Source of the DNA: Auanema rhodensis
Lineage: Eukaryota > Animalia > Nematoda
Assembly: GCA_964057225.1 (NCBI GenBank)
Contig: OZ059896.1
Coordinates: 10,416,001 to 10,480,000 of the forward strand
Direction: 5' to 3'
DNA: 64,000 bases
Of this stretch, positions 24,927-39,900 are shown in pieces. The position numbers and the translations under genes were made by a program. The notes under the pieces are model-generated. The model was not told where the DNA came from. It did not search any database and was given only the letters and a program-made list of their open reading frames with translations. Positions within the stretch are counted from its first letter, which is position 1. Each line of letters opens with the position of its first letter.

Positions 24927-27900
24927 AATGTTAGTGTGGTAATAGGAAAACTAAATATCTCTGATTTAATTATTATAGTTTTAATATACTTTTCTATTTT
25001 AAAAAACAAGTCAATTTAACAATATTTATGATTATATATCGTTTTTACTTCCTATTTTCTTTCATTATATATAAGATTCAGTTTCAAAGTTGTTTGTCAA
25101 GCTCAAAATGACATGACAAGAAACTTATTAGGTAATCATTGAAATGGAAACGATGATGTCTATGCAAGCGGAACTTGCTGACCTCTTCTAATGACCATAC
25201 ATTGATGAAGTTGAAGTTTATTTTTTGACTTTAATTTACAAATTATAATATATTTCAACCAATTATCACTTAATTTGCCCGTTATTAGTTTTTGTTTTTC
25301 CACCAATACTTATTAATAACCTAATTTTTAGTCTATATTCATAAGTATTTATGCTTTGATGAACTAAAAAGTTCCTCAAACTAGCTAAGCATTTATTTTG
25401 GGATAGATGTTTTGAGGATAGAAGCTAAGAGAAAGAGATTGAGATATAGAAGTAGCAGAAGAAAGACATGGAACATGAATGTTGGTGAAAGTGATTGAAG
25501 AATAGATGTATGTATATTGGTAGTGCAAAGGATAAGGCTTATTAGTTAAAGTATTTTGAAGAGAGAAGAAGCAAAATTGAATGTGCCATGAAATAAGATC
25601 GAATATGATGAAAGACTGAAGTGAAGAACGAGAGAAAGAGATAGATTCGAGAGAATCGAATAAAAGTTTTCGATATGTGAGATGTGTTTCACATATTCCT
25701 TCAAAATCTACATTACTACTCATCTAAATACTTAAAGCTGCATACCGCATATGTATGAATGTAACAGTTACATATGAAATTCTGAGATTTTATTACTCTG
25801 AGAACCTAAAGAATCATAAAGAGTACCAGAATATCGGAGTGAGTGAAGGGAAAAGAGAATAAAAATCCTACGAGACCAAGCCTATGGTCGGCAATTGCCG
25901 GATATGCTCTAGGAAAAATTGAATCATTTCTTTTAAGACATGTATACTTAGAATACTTTTCTCTTTACTTCATTCTCTATATTACTATTACATGTGAAAT
26001 GAACACTGAAGTATTCGTATATGATGATCTAAGAAAGATTTCTGTATCAAAGCTTTCAATAGACGAACATTGAAACGTAAGGCTTTATATAAGAGCATAT
26101 TCTTATTATATCTATTGAGATACATTTATGAATATATTATATGTATAGATAACTAATTCCATAGTTGAATATTGATTGAACTTGTATAATTAGTAGTCAA
26201 TATGGAGAATAGTAGAAGGAGATAAAGGAATTGTAGAGAGACAACGGTTAGCCTCTCCGCACATAATATCCACAATTTGAAGGAAATCTGACATATGTTC
26301 TATGAGCGTTCTCATACTACCTGTAGTAGGATTAGTGGCACAATGAAGAGCCTGGTCATCTACGGATAATCCACTTGAACAGTTGCAATGGAAATCTGTA
26401 GAGCATATCGAGATTGTGATGCAGATATTCAAAAATGCTTGAATGAGTTGAATCATATTGATGGCAAGTATAGCAGCATAAGTTGGTAACGTCACACAAC
26501 TTCTTTCTCAATATACTATGCAAATAATTAATTGAAAATGTAAATGAATCGAAAGAACTGCTTTTTCTACCCATTTTAGCTTCTGTTTTTCATTAGAAAA
26601 TGCAATTCACAACCATCATCGACTGCTGAGTCATATTTTTGTTCATCGTTAACCTTCAAACTATGCCCCACAGGGTCCATAAAATGGACCAGCTCTTATT
26701 CAGCTTATCTACTTTCCTTACACTCTTTCTCTCTTTTTCTTTCTTTTTCTCTCGTCCACTCTGTGAATTATACGCATTCTATCTCTTATTTTCTGTACAG
26801 CTTAATTAATCTTGCTGCCTGCTATTTATGTGAGTAGTGAAATTGCTACCCATTACAACCAGGCAGCAGGAGCATGACATTCGCTCCTAGATTGATAATA
26901 GCTTAAAGGGCAACGAAAATCTTACATGATACATAAGCTGAAAATGTGAATCATTCTTTTCATTTGGAAGAAATTGTGGTGTGAATAGTGGGGGTATAAG
27001 CCTATTGCCATCAGCTCGCTAACGATTTGTTCTGGCAGGTGAGACTAATTATGCCCTTACTATGCATGGCGGACTAACATACATAGCTACTGGCTAACCA
27101 ATGAGGGAATCATCCAATTGTTAGATAGCATATGAGAATAAGAGAGGTATGACTGCTTAGGTGGTTAGAGACAAACATTTCGAAAAGAAAGATTATTGAT
27201 AGAAGCATTCAGAAGAAGGGAGAAAGGAAGGGGAAACAAGAAAGCTTAGCGAACCACAAGGCAATAAGCTGAAACCTGGTATTGATTGTAGTGCTTGAAT
27301 ACAATTTCTTAACAATCAGAGACTTTTAATATTTTCAATTCTATACTCATATAAACTTTTTACATGTACAATTTCTACTTTTCTTTCTCATAATCCGAAT
27401 ATAAGAAAGAAAGAAACTCTTCAAGACCTTAGATTCGAACCCAATTAGCTCGATTGAATAGAAAGACCAAAGAAGGTACCAGGTGTTCGGTGGCATATTG
27501 CTCCCCTTAGAAGTCAGTTTGCGAGCAAAATCTAAATTGGCTACAAATCATTTTTGTTTATTTATTATTCATAAGCTCTATGAGTAAAAACCCGACGATA
27601 ACAGAAGGACTAATAGTGTAAAAAGGTTTTTTTCATATAAAACACAATCTAGAATGTTATAAATAAGTTCAAATACAATATGACAACAAAGATTTATTTC
27701 ATTTTGACTATTATTTGTGTGATTTCATCAACATCATTCACGTCATCATCATCATCATCATCTAGTTATCTTCATCCTTTCCTCTCTTGTCTACCCACCT
27801 AACTAGTCTTTCCCAACTATTTCCAAAGGATATAGGATATAGAATCTTCTTGAAAACTATTCAAAACCATTTCCTTCTTTTGATGTCTTGAACCATAATG

Positions 27901-30900
27901 GATTATGTGGAAGGCTTCATACAGCCGTCAATAACTTCAATGATGGTCAGTTTTAAAGAGTCGTCAACCAGGCTGTCGGCATCGGCTTTTCTAGCTTTCA
28001 ACATATACTAAGCTTATCCAGACGAAGCATCTAAATGACTGACAGCTTTAACTGACTAACTATATAAGAAAATTAATTATATACATTATCTTAATAGAGT
28101 ATATAATCTATAAATTCAATATATATGAAAGACTTCAAAGATATAGAAATTAAATAGATTTAAAATAAATAAAATAGTTATTTCATTCATTTATTATTAG
28201 ATGGGAACAACTGTATTATCAGTTTTTGCTCGTGATTTGGATATTGGGGAAAATGGAGAAGTGGAATACTCATTAGGAGATGGAGAAGGTTCAGAATATC
28301 TGACCATACAACCAAAATCAGGAGTAATTCAAACGGCATCCCCTCTTGATCGTGAAGTTTTGAGCCTAATTCGGTATGAATAGTAGATTTTCATTACAAC
28401 CTACGAAGCGATTTTTAAAGATTGGATGTCATAGCAACTGATAAAGGAATACCACCAAGAAAAAGTACAGCATTAGTTGAAATTGGAATCATTGATGTTA
28501 ATGATAATCCACCAATATTTGAAAAAGATTTTTATAATATAACCATATCGGAAAATGCTACATTGCCAGTTATTGTAGCAACTGTTCGAGCTACAGATAA
28601 GGATAGTGGATTAAATGGTATAATCTAAAGAAAATAGCATAATTTATGAAACAAATTACAGGTCAAGTACATTATAGTCTAGTTACCACATCATCTTTAC
28701 CAATTACAATTGATTATTCCACAGGAGAAGTGACATTAAGAGAGAAACTTGATGCTAAATATTCGCCATTTACTGTTCTCGTTCGAGCTAAGGATGGAGC
28801 TCAACCAGCATTAACTTCAACAGTATCATTAACATTAAACATTGAAGATATTAATGATCATGTAAAATATATTATAAGCAAATATAAAACATTTTATTTT
28901 TAAGGCTCCAAGGTTTATAGCATCACAAAAGCAAATATTTTTGGAAGAAAATGTTGCTGTAGGTGAAGAAGTAGCTAAAGTTTATGCAATTGATGATGAT
29001 TCTGGTGTAAATGGACAAGTAAAGTATGTATTATTTGTTTATTTGATTGTTGTGTTTCTATACTTGATTGATTGATTCCTCTAAATTATGAAAATAATTT
29101 GTTTTAGATATTCAATGACAGGATCAGATGATTTTGATATTAATGAAAATTCTGGTGTAATTAAAACAACTCATTTATTGGATCGTGAGCGAATGGCAGC
29201 TTATGAACTAAAGGTTATTATAATTTAAATTATATAATTAATAATTTCATTAATTTAAAGAAATATATTATAAAAAGTTATTTTTAGATAACTGCTAGTG
29301 ATCTTGGTGAACCATCACAGAATACATCAACAATCATGAATGTTATGATTCGTGATGTTAATGATAATGCTCCACAATTTGATAAAAATGAATATAATGT
29401 TTCTGTATCAGAGGATACTGAACGTGGAACACAAATTCTAACATTACTAGCTACGGATAAGGATGAAAATCAGAAAATCAGCTACAGAATTGAGCAAGCT
29501 ACTAAAGAAGTTATAGCGTTGATTGATATGGGAGAACAAGGCGCTTTACTAACCTTATCTGCTCCTGTTCATAGTTCTGATGATGTAATTCGAGTTGAGA
29601 TCATAGCTACGGATCAGGGAGGTCTTCAAGGAAAAGCCATTGTGAATATATTCGTTGATGACATCAATTCTGCTCCTTACTTCACTCAACACCCTTTTTC
29701 TGTGCGAATTCCTGAGAATTCTCCTGTTGGCTTTCATGTTATGACACTTCATGTAAGATAGTTTATCATTGCTATGATTCATTAAGATTTTTCAGGCTGA
29801 AGATACAGATCGTGGAAGTAATGCTGATATAACATATCAACTGAAAAGTGATGCATTTGAGATAGATTCTCGTTCAGGTCAAATTCAAACAAAAATTGAA
29901 TTAGATCGTGAAGAACAGGAATCATATACTTTAACAGTTGTAGCTTCTGATGGAGCTGATCCACCTTTAAGCAGTACTACTCAAGTAGAAGTCATTGTTG
30001 ATGATGGTAAGTGTTGTATATAATTCATTATTTTTATTTTTTATTCATCTTCATGAATGAAGGATGATGATGTCGATAAAGGTTATGAGAGAAAAATCTT
30101 GAAGACACTGTCAAGATTATGCTTCGTCTATGTGTGTGTCTGTGTGTGTGTGTGTGCCAAGTGTTTCATTTTGGATTAAGGCGCTAATTTCCGTAAATAA
30201 TGAGGCAGCTTGAACAGCTGGCCTTTTCGTCGGCTGGAAATTGCCTGTCCGGTACTCCAGGGGCTGTTGTCTCTCTCTCTTTCATCATACACACACATGC
30301 ATCTCATCTCATCTCTAGCTCTCTTACCCTATTCTGTCATTCTTTCTATCTATAAGGGGAGTATATGTATGGTCAAGCCATACTGGGTAAAAGAGGATAT
30401 TGACAACAAGACTAGAGAAGATGCAAGATTTGTCTCATCTACATGTAGAATCCATTTGGTTCGTCTCTCAAATGAGCAACATAGACATTGAATGTTAATG
30501 ATTTGTTTACAAACATTTAAAAAGAGTAAACAATATTAGCATAAATTGAGGAAAAAGGTATAATAACCTTCTGTTTTGCTTGAAGCATCTGTATATACTT
30601 AATGGTGTATGAATATATAGAAATTATTTATTTATATATTAAGTCGTATATGAAACATCTCTAGAGAAATCGTAATGATTGACAGTTTTTTCATATACTT
30701 TTCGTTTAAAAAGGAAAATTTTTGAATAGCTATTGAATAATTAAAATGTAAAAAGCCAATTCGAAAAAAAATGGAAATATTTGAATTTGAATGAGAAATT
30801 TCATTAAGAAGATGAGAAGATTTTCTGAGTAAAATACTCATTAGATTTCTAGTCGGCATAGATCAAAGAATTGTACTTCTTAATTTCTATGCCTTGAATA

Positions 30901-33900
30901 GTAAGTATTTTTATAAAGAAAAAATGTTTCTTTTCGAGTAATTTGTGGATTAATCTTAATTTATAAATAATTTCAGTTAACGATAATGCTCCTGAATTCT
31001 CAGCTGCTCGATATGAAGCATCTATATCAGAAGATATTGCAGTTGGAACATCATTTATGCAGGTAAAACATACAACATGTGCTCTAATGATCTTCATTCT
31101 TTTAAGATTTCTGCTATTGATGCTGATGTAGGTAATAATGGTATAGTAGACTATTATATGAATGATACTGATGCAACTGTGATGCTGGATCTCTTCCGCT
31201 TAGACCGAACTAGTGGAACTTTGCGCGTATCCGGAAAATTGGATCGAGAACTTTATCCAAAGTGAGTTGATTCATTCACTAAATTTTATTTTTCGATAGG
31301 AGGCTTTCAAGTGTGTCAATCTACCAGATTTCCGGACAACAGTTTTGTTGTCTTGTAAAGGACATAACCTAATTTTGCAGTTGAATAGAAGAACATGCGA
31401 TTTCTCTCTTTTCTAATTCCTTTAACACAGTTTGGCATGATTGAAGGAAAAGATGCAAGAAGGCATAGTAAAATATATGCATATAGTAAAGAAAAGAAAA
31501 TAGAAACATCTGTTAGGGTGAAAATTAATTATATTTTCACCATTTGCCCTCATATTTTCTTTTTTTATTCTTTTTTTTTCTTGACTGTTATGCATCGCAT
31601 CATAATGCTTTGTGCGTTATAATGAGCTTATTGCGCAATTGAACTCAATGAGTAGGGGTTGTCTTTGCTATGGCTTTTTTCTTCAAAAATTATGAGAAAA
31701 GGTCAAGCAGATGATACAAACATGTGTCAAATACTTTATTTAATCTGTAACATATACCTTAAACTACAAACATGTGAAATGATAGAGTATTTAAAATTAA
31801 AATAAACAACAAAACATAAACAATTTGAACTTGTTTCAGGCTTGTTCTTCCTGTAATTGCTCGTGATCGTGGTACACCAACCTTATCATCATCATCACAA
31901 ATCATCATTACTTTACTTGATATCAACGATAATGCTCCAATCTTTGAACATTCATCATTTGATTTATATATTGCTGAGAATTCTCCTGCTGGAAGTTTAG
32001 TTGGTACCATACAAGCGCACGATCCTGATGAGGGCGAGAATGCTATTATGCAATTCCGTATATTCGGTGGAACTGATGCCAAACTATTTGATATTGAAAC
32101 AGATCCTGATCAACCAGGACTTGTAAGAATATTAACCCGAGCTGAATTCGATTATGAGGCAAAAGCTAATAAATTTTATTTGGAAGTTCAAGCAAGCAGG
32201 TAATTATTGAAATATCGTTGAAATTTATATTTAATTATTGATTTATAGTGGACAATTAAGTTCAACAGTTCCTGTACGTGTTCATGTATCTGATGTGAAT
32301 GATAATCGACCAATATTAAAAGATTTTATCGTTTTCTTCAATCGTTATGAAGGAGAAACAATGAATACAGATATTGGAAATATTCCAGCTTTGTAAGTTT
32401 TATGATGTAAGCTTGAATCTTTAATTTTCAATTTTTATAGCGATCCTGACCAAAATGCTACATTAGAATATACAATGGAAGAAAACGATGTGTTATTTGT
32501 TGATAAATATTCTGGAAAAATGACATTAAAACAGCTTTGGAAACGCAATTTTGATGCAAAATTCAAAACTTGTGTATCTGGTATTTCTATATTTATCTAT
32601 ATAACTTTTAATATTTATCATATTATATCAGATGGTCCTAATACTGTATGTGGTTTATGTCGATTCATACATACTTACATACATGCTGATTGGTTACGTG
32701 AAGCTATAACTATACATATAGAAAAAATATCTTTGGATGATTTTTGGGATCCAGCTGTGTTTAATCGTTTAAGGTTTTCTACTTTTTCTCAGTTATGTCT
32801 TAACTATAAAAATATTTATTTAGACAATCAATTTCAACAATAGATGATTGGGATTCATCTTCTATTCATATACTTGGAGCAGAAACTGTAAAACAAGGAA
32901 TCAATGTGAATTTCGTTGTAGTTGATAAAGGAAGATTAATCAGGTATGTTTATATAAAATTATTTTACTTTCAATCTTTATTGATGAATTGTATTGTTCA
33001 TAAGAAAATTAAGTTGAAAAGCCTTAATTGTCTTTCATGTGTCGGGTTTATATTTCATGTTTCATTTAATATAATTATAATTTATTATAATTATTATTAT
33101 CTCAAGTAGTTATTACATTGAGACTATTCAACAGCTTGAAAATATAAAATAATTAAGATTTATAATTTATATTGAATAAAGCTAATGAAGGAAATGCACA
33201 CATCTCATCTTTAATCAGATTATTATCTCTTAGAATCAAGATGATGCTTTTCTTAATTTTCTTTTATATTTGGACGGTAATTTGAAAAGCTCTTGTCTTC
33301 AGATAATGTGACATACTTGCCTTTGCCACTGTCGCAGCATGTTCGCATATTCCTTTCTAGCTGCTTGAGCGATCTAATCTTCTTCAATAACAGCTTGAAG
33401 AGGCATGTATTACGGGAATACAAATGCCTTTCATATCATCTTTTCGCAGTTTTGAATCTGAAGAGTTTCCGACCCTATTCTGTCGGTAAACGCCTACAAA
33501 GACATAAGAGATGTATATGAAAAGATAATAGAAGATGATGTTGTCGTTCAATATAAATTAGAAAATCAAGTGTTTTTCCTATTCATTGCCGGTAATGAGC
33601 ATACTGTCTGTCAGCCATCTGTCAAACTGTCTCGATTTACGAAATCTTCATACTTTCTTTGGTATAAAAGAAAAAATAAAAATTACCAGATGGAAAATAC
33701 ATAAGAAGTCAACAGTTTTGTTTCATCCTTCCGACAACAAAAAAACTATTTTGTGAATCTAATCGTGATTCTTTTCTTTCAAAATGAGAAAAAAACAAAT
33801 ATAATACTCTAGCTTGTTATGAAGAGCATGGTCAAGAGAAACAGACAGATGTTTGTCCTTATCCAATTCAGTATAATCATCTTTTCTTCAACAACTAAAG

Positions 33901-36900
33901 TCCATTTATTAGTTTTTTAACAAAAATGAAGAGAAAACAATTATCCGTATTGATCATTAAAACCCTGACGTTCAATTGGATATTTTGTTCACATAAAATT
34001 CGTTGTTAAAGTCATTTATGCCAATTTTGACCTTATAATCGTTGAACCAGCTGTACCAATAACAAACATATTTATTTATATAAATAACATAATTTATATA
34101 CATATATTATTATATTTTTATTTTTAATAATCTTGGATGAATTGAAAGTTTGAGTATTGAGTGTTAATGGTCAAAAGCTTTTACGAGATGGAACGATGTG
34201 CTTATTCAATATTCTGACCATTTAGACATATTAAGAACACTGAAAGGATGTAAAAGCAAGTAAAACCGATGCTCTTGGTTGGCTAGTTGACACGTCAGTG
34301 CATTCAGATGATCGATGTTCTCCGTTGTTGCGTAGAACGGATGAGAGTTAGAATACATGAATGAGGCAGTAAGCGTTCACTGCTATTCGTCTCCTGTAAT
34401 TTCTCTCTCGAGGCTCTTCCCTAGCCCATTAGTTCTAAAATAGTTGAAACATCTAACTCAAAATCGGGGGGAAGGGTGTAAAAATATGAGAAACTTGAAA
34501 GAAAAAATAAGAAATTCCTTTGGTTGTTGAAATGTTTCATCATTTTATTGGAACTAATGTGAAAGCTGATATTCTTATTCGATGGTAGAACAGATGCTTT
34601 GAAGTCGTATCATTAGGAAATTGCTTTTCCGAAAGGCTGAAAGTGAGAATCGGAAAAGATAGAGAGAGAAATAGAACAGCTTGTAGCTTGTAAGGTAACT
34701 CCTTTTATGGTTATTGAAGGAAATACTATAATTGAAATAGAGCATATGATGAAGATGATCTATAAGCAACAAGAAAGAGAATAGGGGGCAGCAAGCAAGT
34801 AGCGTGTATGATTGAGAGATAGAGAGAGAAATATATGAAAAAGGGGGTGAAATGAGAAAGATCTTTCCTGAAGAACATATGGTTCAGCTCAAATAACATG
34901 CCAAATATGTCAACAGTCAGTATGAGCAAAGATATCTTAGTTAGATCTCTTTTGTCCTCTATAAGCTTTGAGACAATATCATTAACAAAAAGATGAATTG
35001 AAAGACAGAAGGTTTAAATATGAGATTCATATATCACGATATTCATATATTCATATTACTATATGCGGGATTTATTGTAATAATTATTATAAAATAATAT
35101 TTATAGATCATGGAAAGTTGAAGATGTTCTGAAATCGGAAATAAGTCGATTAGAAAGAGTATCACTTCTTCATATTACTGTAGTTCGTGATGAAAGTTGT
35201 TCGAAAGAACCATGTCCATATTATCAGAAATGTCGTCAAACATTAAAATATATAAACAATCAACAGGTTTAATTATCTTAATTATCTTTATATTTTAATT
35301 ATTTTTAGTTTCATGAAACTGATAATTTCATTGCCAAAACAATAAGAACATTACAAACGTTTGTATGTGAATGTCCATCTGGATTTACAAGTAAGTGTAT
35401 GAATCACAATCTTCCCAATTCTTTATACTAACCATTATAACTCGGTTGCATGTTCAATAAGTGTTTTATTATAATTATTGTTTATAATTAATTTCAATTC
35501 TCAATTGAATTTCAAATATTTATTCTCCTCTTTACAGGTTCAATTGAAAATCTTCAACAATGCGATTTAAGGCTTGATCAATGTTACAGTAATCCATGCA
35601 AAAATAATGGAACATGTGTTTCATTGGAAAATAGCTACAGATGTGAATGTCAAGGAAGTTGGAGTGGTAAGTAGTTTAATAAGTTATTTATTTACTTAAA
35701 TATAATAATAATATTTAAATTATAATTAAAATAACATTCTTATAATACATTAATATTATTTAATTAACAAGTAGAATATCTAATTCATTCTAATTATTGA
35801 ATTTATGCTTTGAAAGAAGAAAGGGGGACAGAAATTGGGGGAGGAGATGATTAGGTTGACTGATGATTTACCAGAGAGTACATGTTAGTAATTCTACTTT
35901 GAATTATTAGCTGGAAAGATAGAAAAGATATGTATGTCTGTATAGTATATGAATATTAATATTTTAAATTAAATATATGATTAGAAGACAGTTTCAATAT
36001 TATATATTATAATATATGTATACATCTTGTATAATTTGTAATTTAACTTAAAATATTTTCATAATTTCTTTCTTTTCTCATCTGAACACTATTCTGTTAT
36101 AATGGAGGTCATCTTTTCTCTTCTAATTCAATATAGTTGATGACGAACTTTGTACGTCTTACTGAACATATTGCCGTTCTAGTTAAGGATGTGCAACATA
36201 CACAACATAAGTATGCCTACTCAATATAATCTGCTGATTTCATTATAACAGCCTTATATTGAAGAATTATGCGATTATCACCCTTTCCCTCTAAATTGTG
36301 TAGACTCTTAAGAAGACTTGAGTAGAGAAGATTGACAATGGGACTTGAGATACACACACAACTGAATGAAGAGATTGAACTGACCAATTTGAATGTAACA
36401 AAAAAAGTTCTTTTCGAAGCTAAAAGGAGAAAATTGAAAAAACCGGAGTAGGGGAAGAGGGGGGGAGAACAGAGTGTATGAGTATAAAAACTTAGAGTTA
36501 ACTCTCAAATAATAAAATCGTTTGAAACTTTCTGAGACAAATTGGGTTCTTCCTGAATTTCCTATAGCTAACGCTAATTCGGAAGTTAAAAATTGACATG
36601 AAAATTTGTTTCGGAAATAGTTTTCTGTATCTTCATTAAATAATTTTGAATTTATTGAGCATATGTTGAGATCATTAAAGATGTAATGGACTCTTACTAT
36701 AATACCAAATGTTGCATTTACAAGGGTCGCTTAGAGTGATATAGTTAAATAAAAAAAAGACTGTAAGAGTATATGATATAAGTGGTTAAAGCATTAAGTA
36801 TATATACACATATGTATACTCTATTATATATTCCAATATGTATATACTATTACATATAATTAAGGGAGGAATAACACTTTTATATTATTTTTTATTTTAT

Positions 36901-39900
36901 TTTTCAGGTCAAAATTGTGATATTCCACATGCTGCATTAACATGTCTTCCCGGATATTGTTTATCAGATTCATCATGTGAACTTATTGGAAATGAAATGA
37001 AATGTAGACATTGTCCTTATAATCGAACAGACACTGATGAACGTTGTCGATTACGTTCAATATCCTTTAATGGAAATTCAGTTGTTAATGTAAATCGTGA
37101 TTTAAGTCGCATGGAATGGACGCTAGAATTAAGGTATATTATTCATATAATTTAATATAATTAATTTATATATTTATTAGTATTTCAACTATTGCTCATG
37201 ACGGTGTCATATTATATTCTGGTCATCCTGAAGCTGATCATATTGAACTTTCTATTTCGGATCGTATACTTAGAGCTCAATTTTCACTTGGAGACAAAAA
37301 TAAAGTGGTTCGAATGGAAAATGAAAGACATAACAGGTAATTTATTTCTTTTTTTTTTTACATAAATATAATTTTTATTTTTCAGGATTAATGACGGTCA
37401 ATGGCATAAAATTACTTTGCATTATTATGATCGAGTTTGTTATTTATAACTATATTATTTATATTTAATTTTTATAGAAACTTACCATATTATTAGATGA
37501 ATGTGATGCATTTTCTTCGTTATATGCTAACGGAGAACGTCCTTGTGCTGCACAAGCAAAAATTGATTTACCAGCAAAGTGTGTACAATTTATAAATAAT
37601 TTTATATTTTAACTATTATATGTATAGTTTACAAATTAATTACAATATTATTTACAGATGCTTAGATCCAGCTGTACCATGCTTCCGTTTCTTGGATTTA
37701 ACTAATGGAATATTTATTGGTGGACGACCAACATCTAATCAACAAGTTGAACATGGCTACAATGGATGTATTTCAAACCTGAGTTTGAATGGAGAATTAA
37801 TCCATTTCTCGTCAATTCCTGATATGTATACTATTGGAACAGTTAAAGAAGGATGTTCAGCTCTTTCTGATTTTTGTTCTGATACATCTATGTGTCCATC
37901 CAATAGTAAATGTATTAATCGTTGGAATGGATTCAATTGTCGCTGTCCACACTCCGTGCATAGTACAAGCACTTGCGAATCAGGTATATCTCCTTGTTTA
38001 ATTCATTTTTCATATTCTTTTTTTTTTGTTTCAGAAAATATATCAACTCATTCTCGTCCTATATCATTGTCTGATGATGAATCATTTGTGATTTATGAGC
38101 CAAATGATGTCGCCGTTCCATTCTCATTGGCATTTGAATTCCGAACATCTCGTGTTGATACTCAAGTTATGGTTGTTGAGTTTGATCAGAGAAACACATT
38201 TTATCGCCTACAGGTATCCGTACAATCTAATTTGTTTGTAAAATTTTGTTTTTTCAAAGATTGATGATGGTTTAATACATGTTTGGGTTGGACAAAACTC
38301 AATGCTTATACCCATGGCTGAAGTAAATGCTGGACATTGGATTCGTGTTCATGTAGATTTTGATGAAGAAGAGATTACAACAACTATTGATAGCATATAT
38401 AGTGTTGTTTACAAGAAAGCATTACTAGTTGATCTGAATGTTGCTCTCATCTATACAGGATTAGCACCATCGACAGGTCATCCTTCTAGATTTGAAGGCT
38501 GCCTTCGTGATCTTCAAGTTAATGGTCAAGTACAACCTGTTAAAGAAAAAGGAAAAGTAAGTATTATCTCTTCTTTCGTACAACTTATACTATAAACATA
38601 GGTTCGAGCTGGATGTATCGTAGGAAATCGTTGTTCCATATCGGGAGTATGTCCAAAAGAAAGTAAATGTCATCGAGAATGGGATCGTCACAGATGTCAA
38701 TGTCATAAAGGTTCATAATGAAATTTCAAATTCTATTAAAAATTCTTCTTTATTCAAGGTTTTGTTGGTGATACATGTATGCCAATATGCTCCATAAAGG
38801 GTATCTGTGGAACTGATGGTCTTTGCCAAGTAACTAATTCATCGTCTGGATATGAATGCCAATGTCCCCAAGGTATTAACTATAATAATATATTTTAGTA
38901 GAATTCAATATATATATATTACTCTTTAAGGTCGCACTGGCTTAAATTGTGAGAAAAATTTAGCTGAACAGCTTTGTCCAGCTGGATGGTTTGGTGAATA
39001 TCCATTCTGTCGGCGATGTAATTGTAATCCACTTTTCGGATTTGTTTCACAATGTGATTCGATAACTGGTGATTGCCAGTGTGAGGTACACAATCAAATA
39101 ATAATGCTTTTATTAATAATTTTTAAAATAGAAATTCTTTTTCCTTAAAAATGGTCGATGTGTACCATGTGAATGTGGGCTCGGCTCGCAATCCATGGAA
39201 TGTTCTACTGATGGTCAATGCACATGTTCTGGACAAGCAACAGGACGTCGATGTGATAGATGTGCAGATAAACGTCAAGTTCGTAAACTGTTATATATTC
39301 TTAAAACTTATTTTTATATAGATGTTAGATATGAAAACATTGAAATGTCTATCTATTCGTGACCGTTGTCCGTCTGAAATTGAAGATGGTATACAATGGC
39401 CAACCACATTAAAAGGTATATTCTTTGATTAAAAACAACAAATAACTAATAATATTTAGGTGTACTAGCCCGAGCTTCATGTCGTGGACAAGAAACTGGC
39501 TTAGCTACCAGACTATGTGATAAAGGTGGTGAATGGCAAAATGTAAATAATTGGAATTGCACGAAGCCAGAGTATGGCCTAATGGTTAATAAGGTAAATA
39601 TAATATTATGAAGAATATTTTTAACGTATAACTTTGTATTTTAGTTCGATGCTCTGGATTCATATGAGCTATTGACTATGCTTCATAATGCAACGGACTC
39701 AGAAACATCAATCCGAGGTCGTAATCTTGAAATTGCTCGTTCAGCAACTGAGCGTATAATTCAAAATGAATTCAAGTAACTCCTATTAAGCCAAATTTTA
39801 TTTAATTTTTAATTTTTAGACTTGAACCTACCGTACGATTACATATGCGTGACTTATTTTTTACCCAATCACTTGTAAAAGCAACGGATAAGATATTAGA

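Noticed and set aside
27420-27450. GGTTCGAATC (tRNA T-loop/B-box-like) on the minus strand
   Set aside because: No cloverleaf stems or A-box around it.
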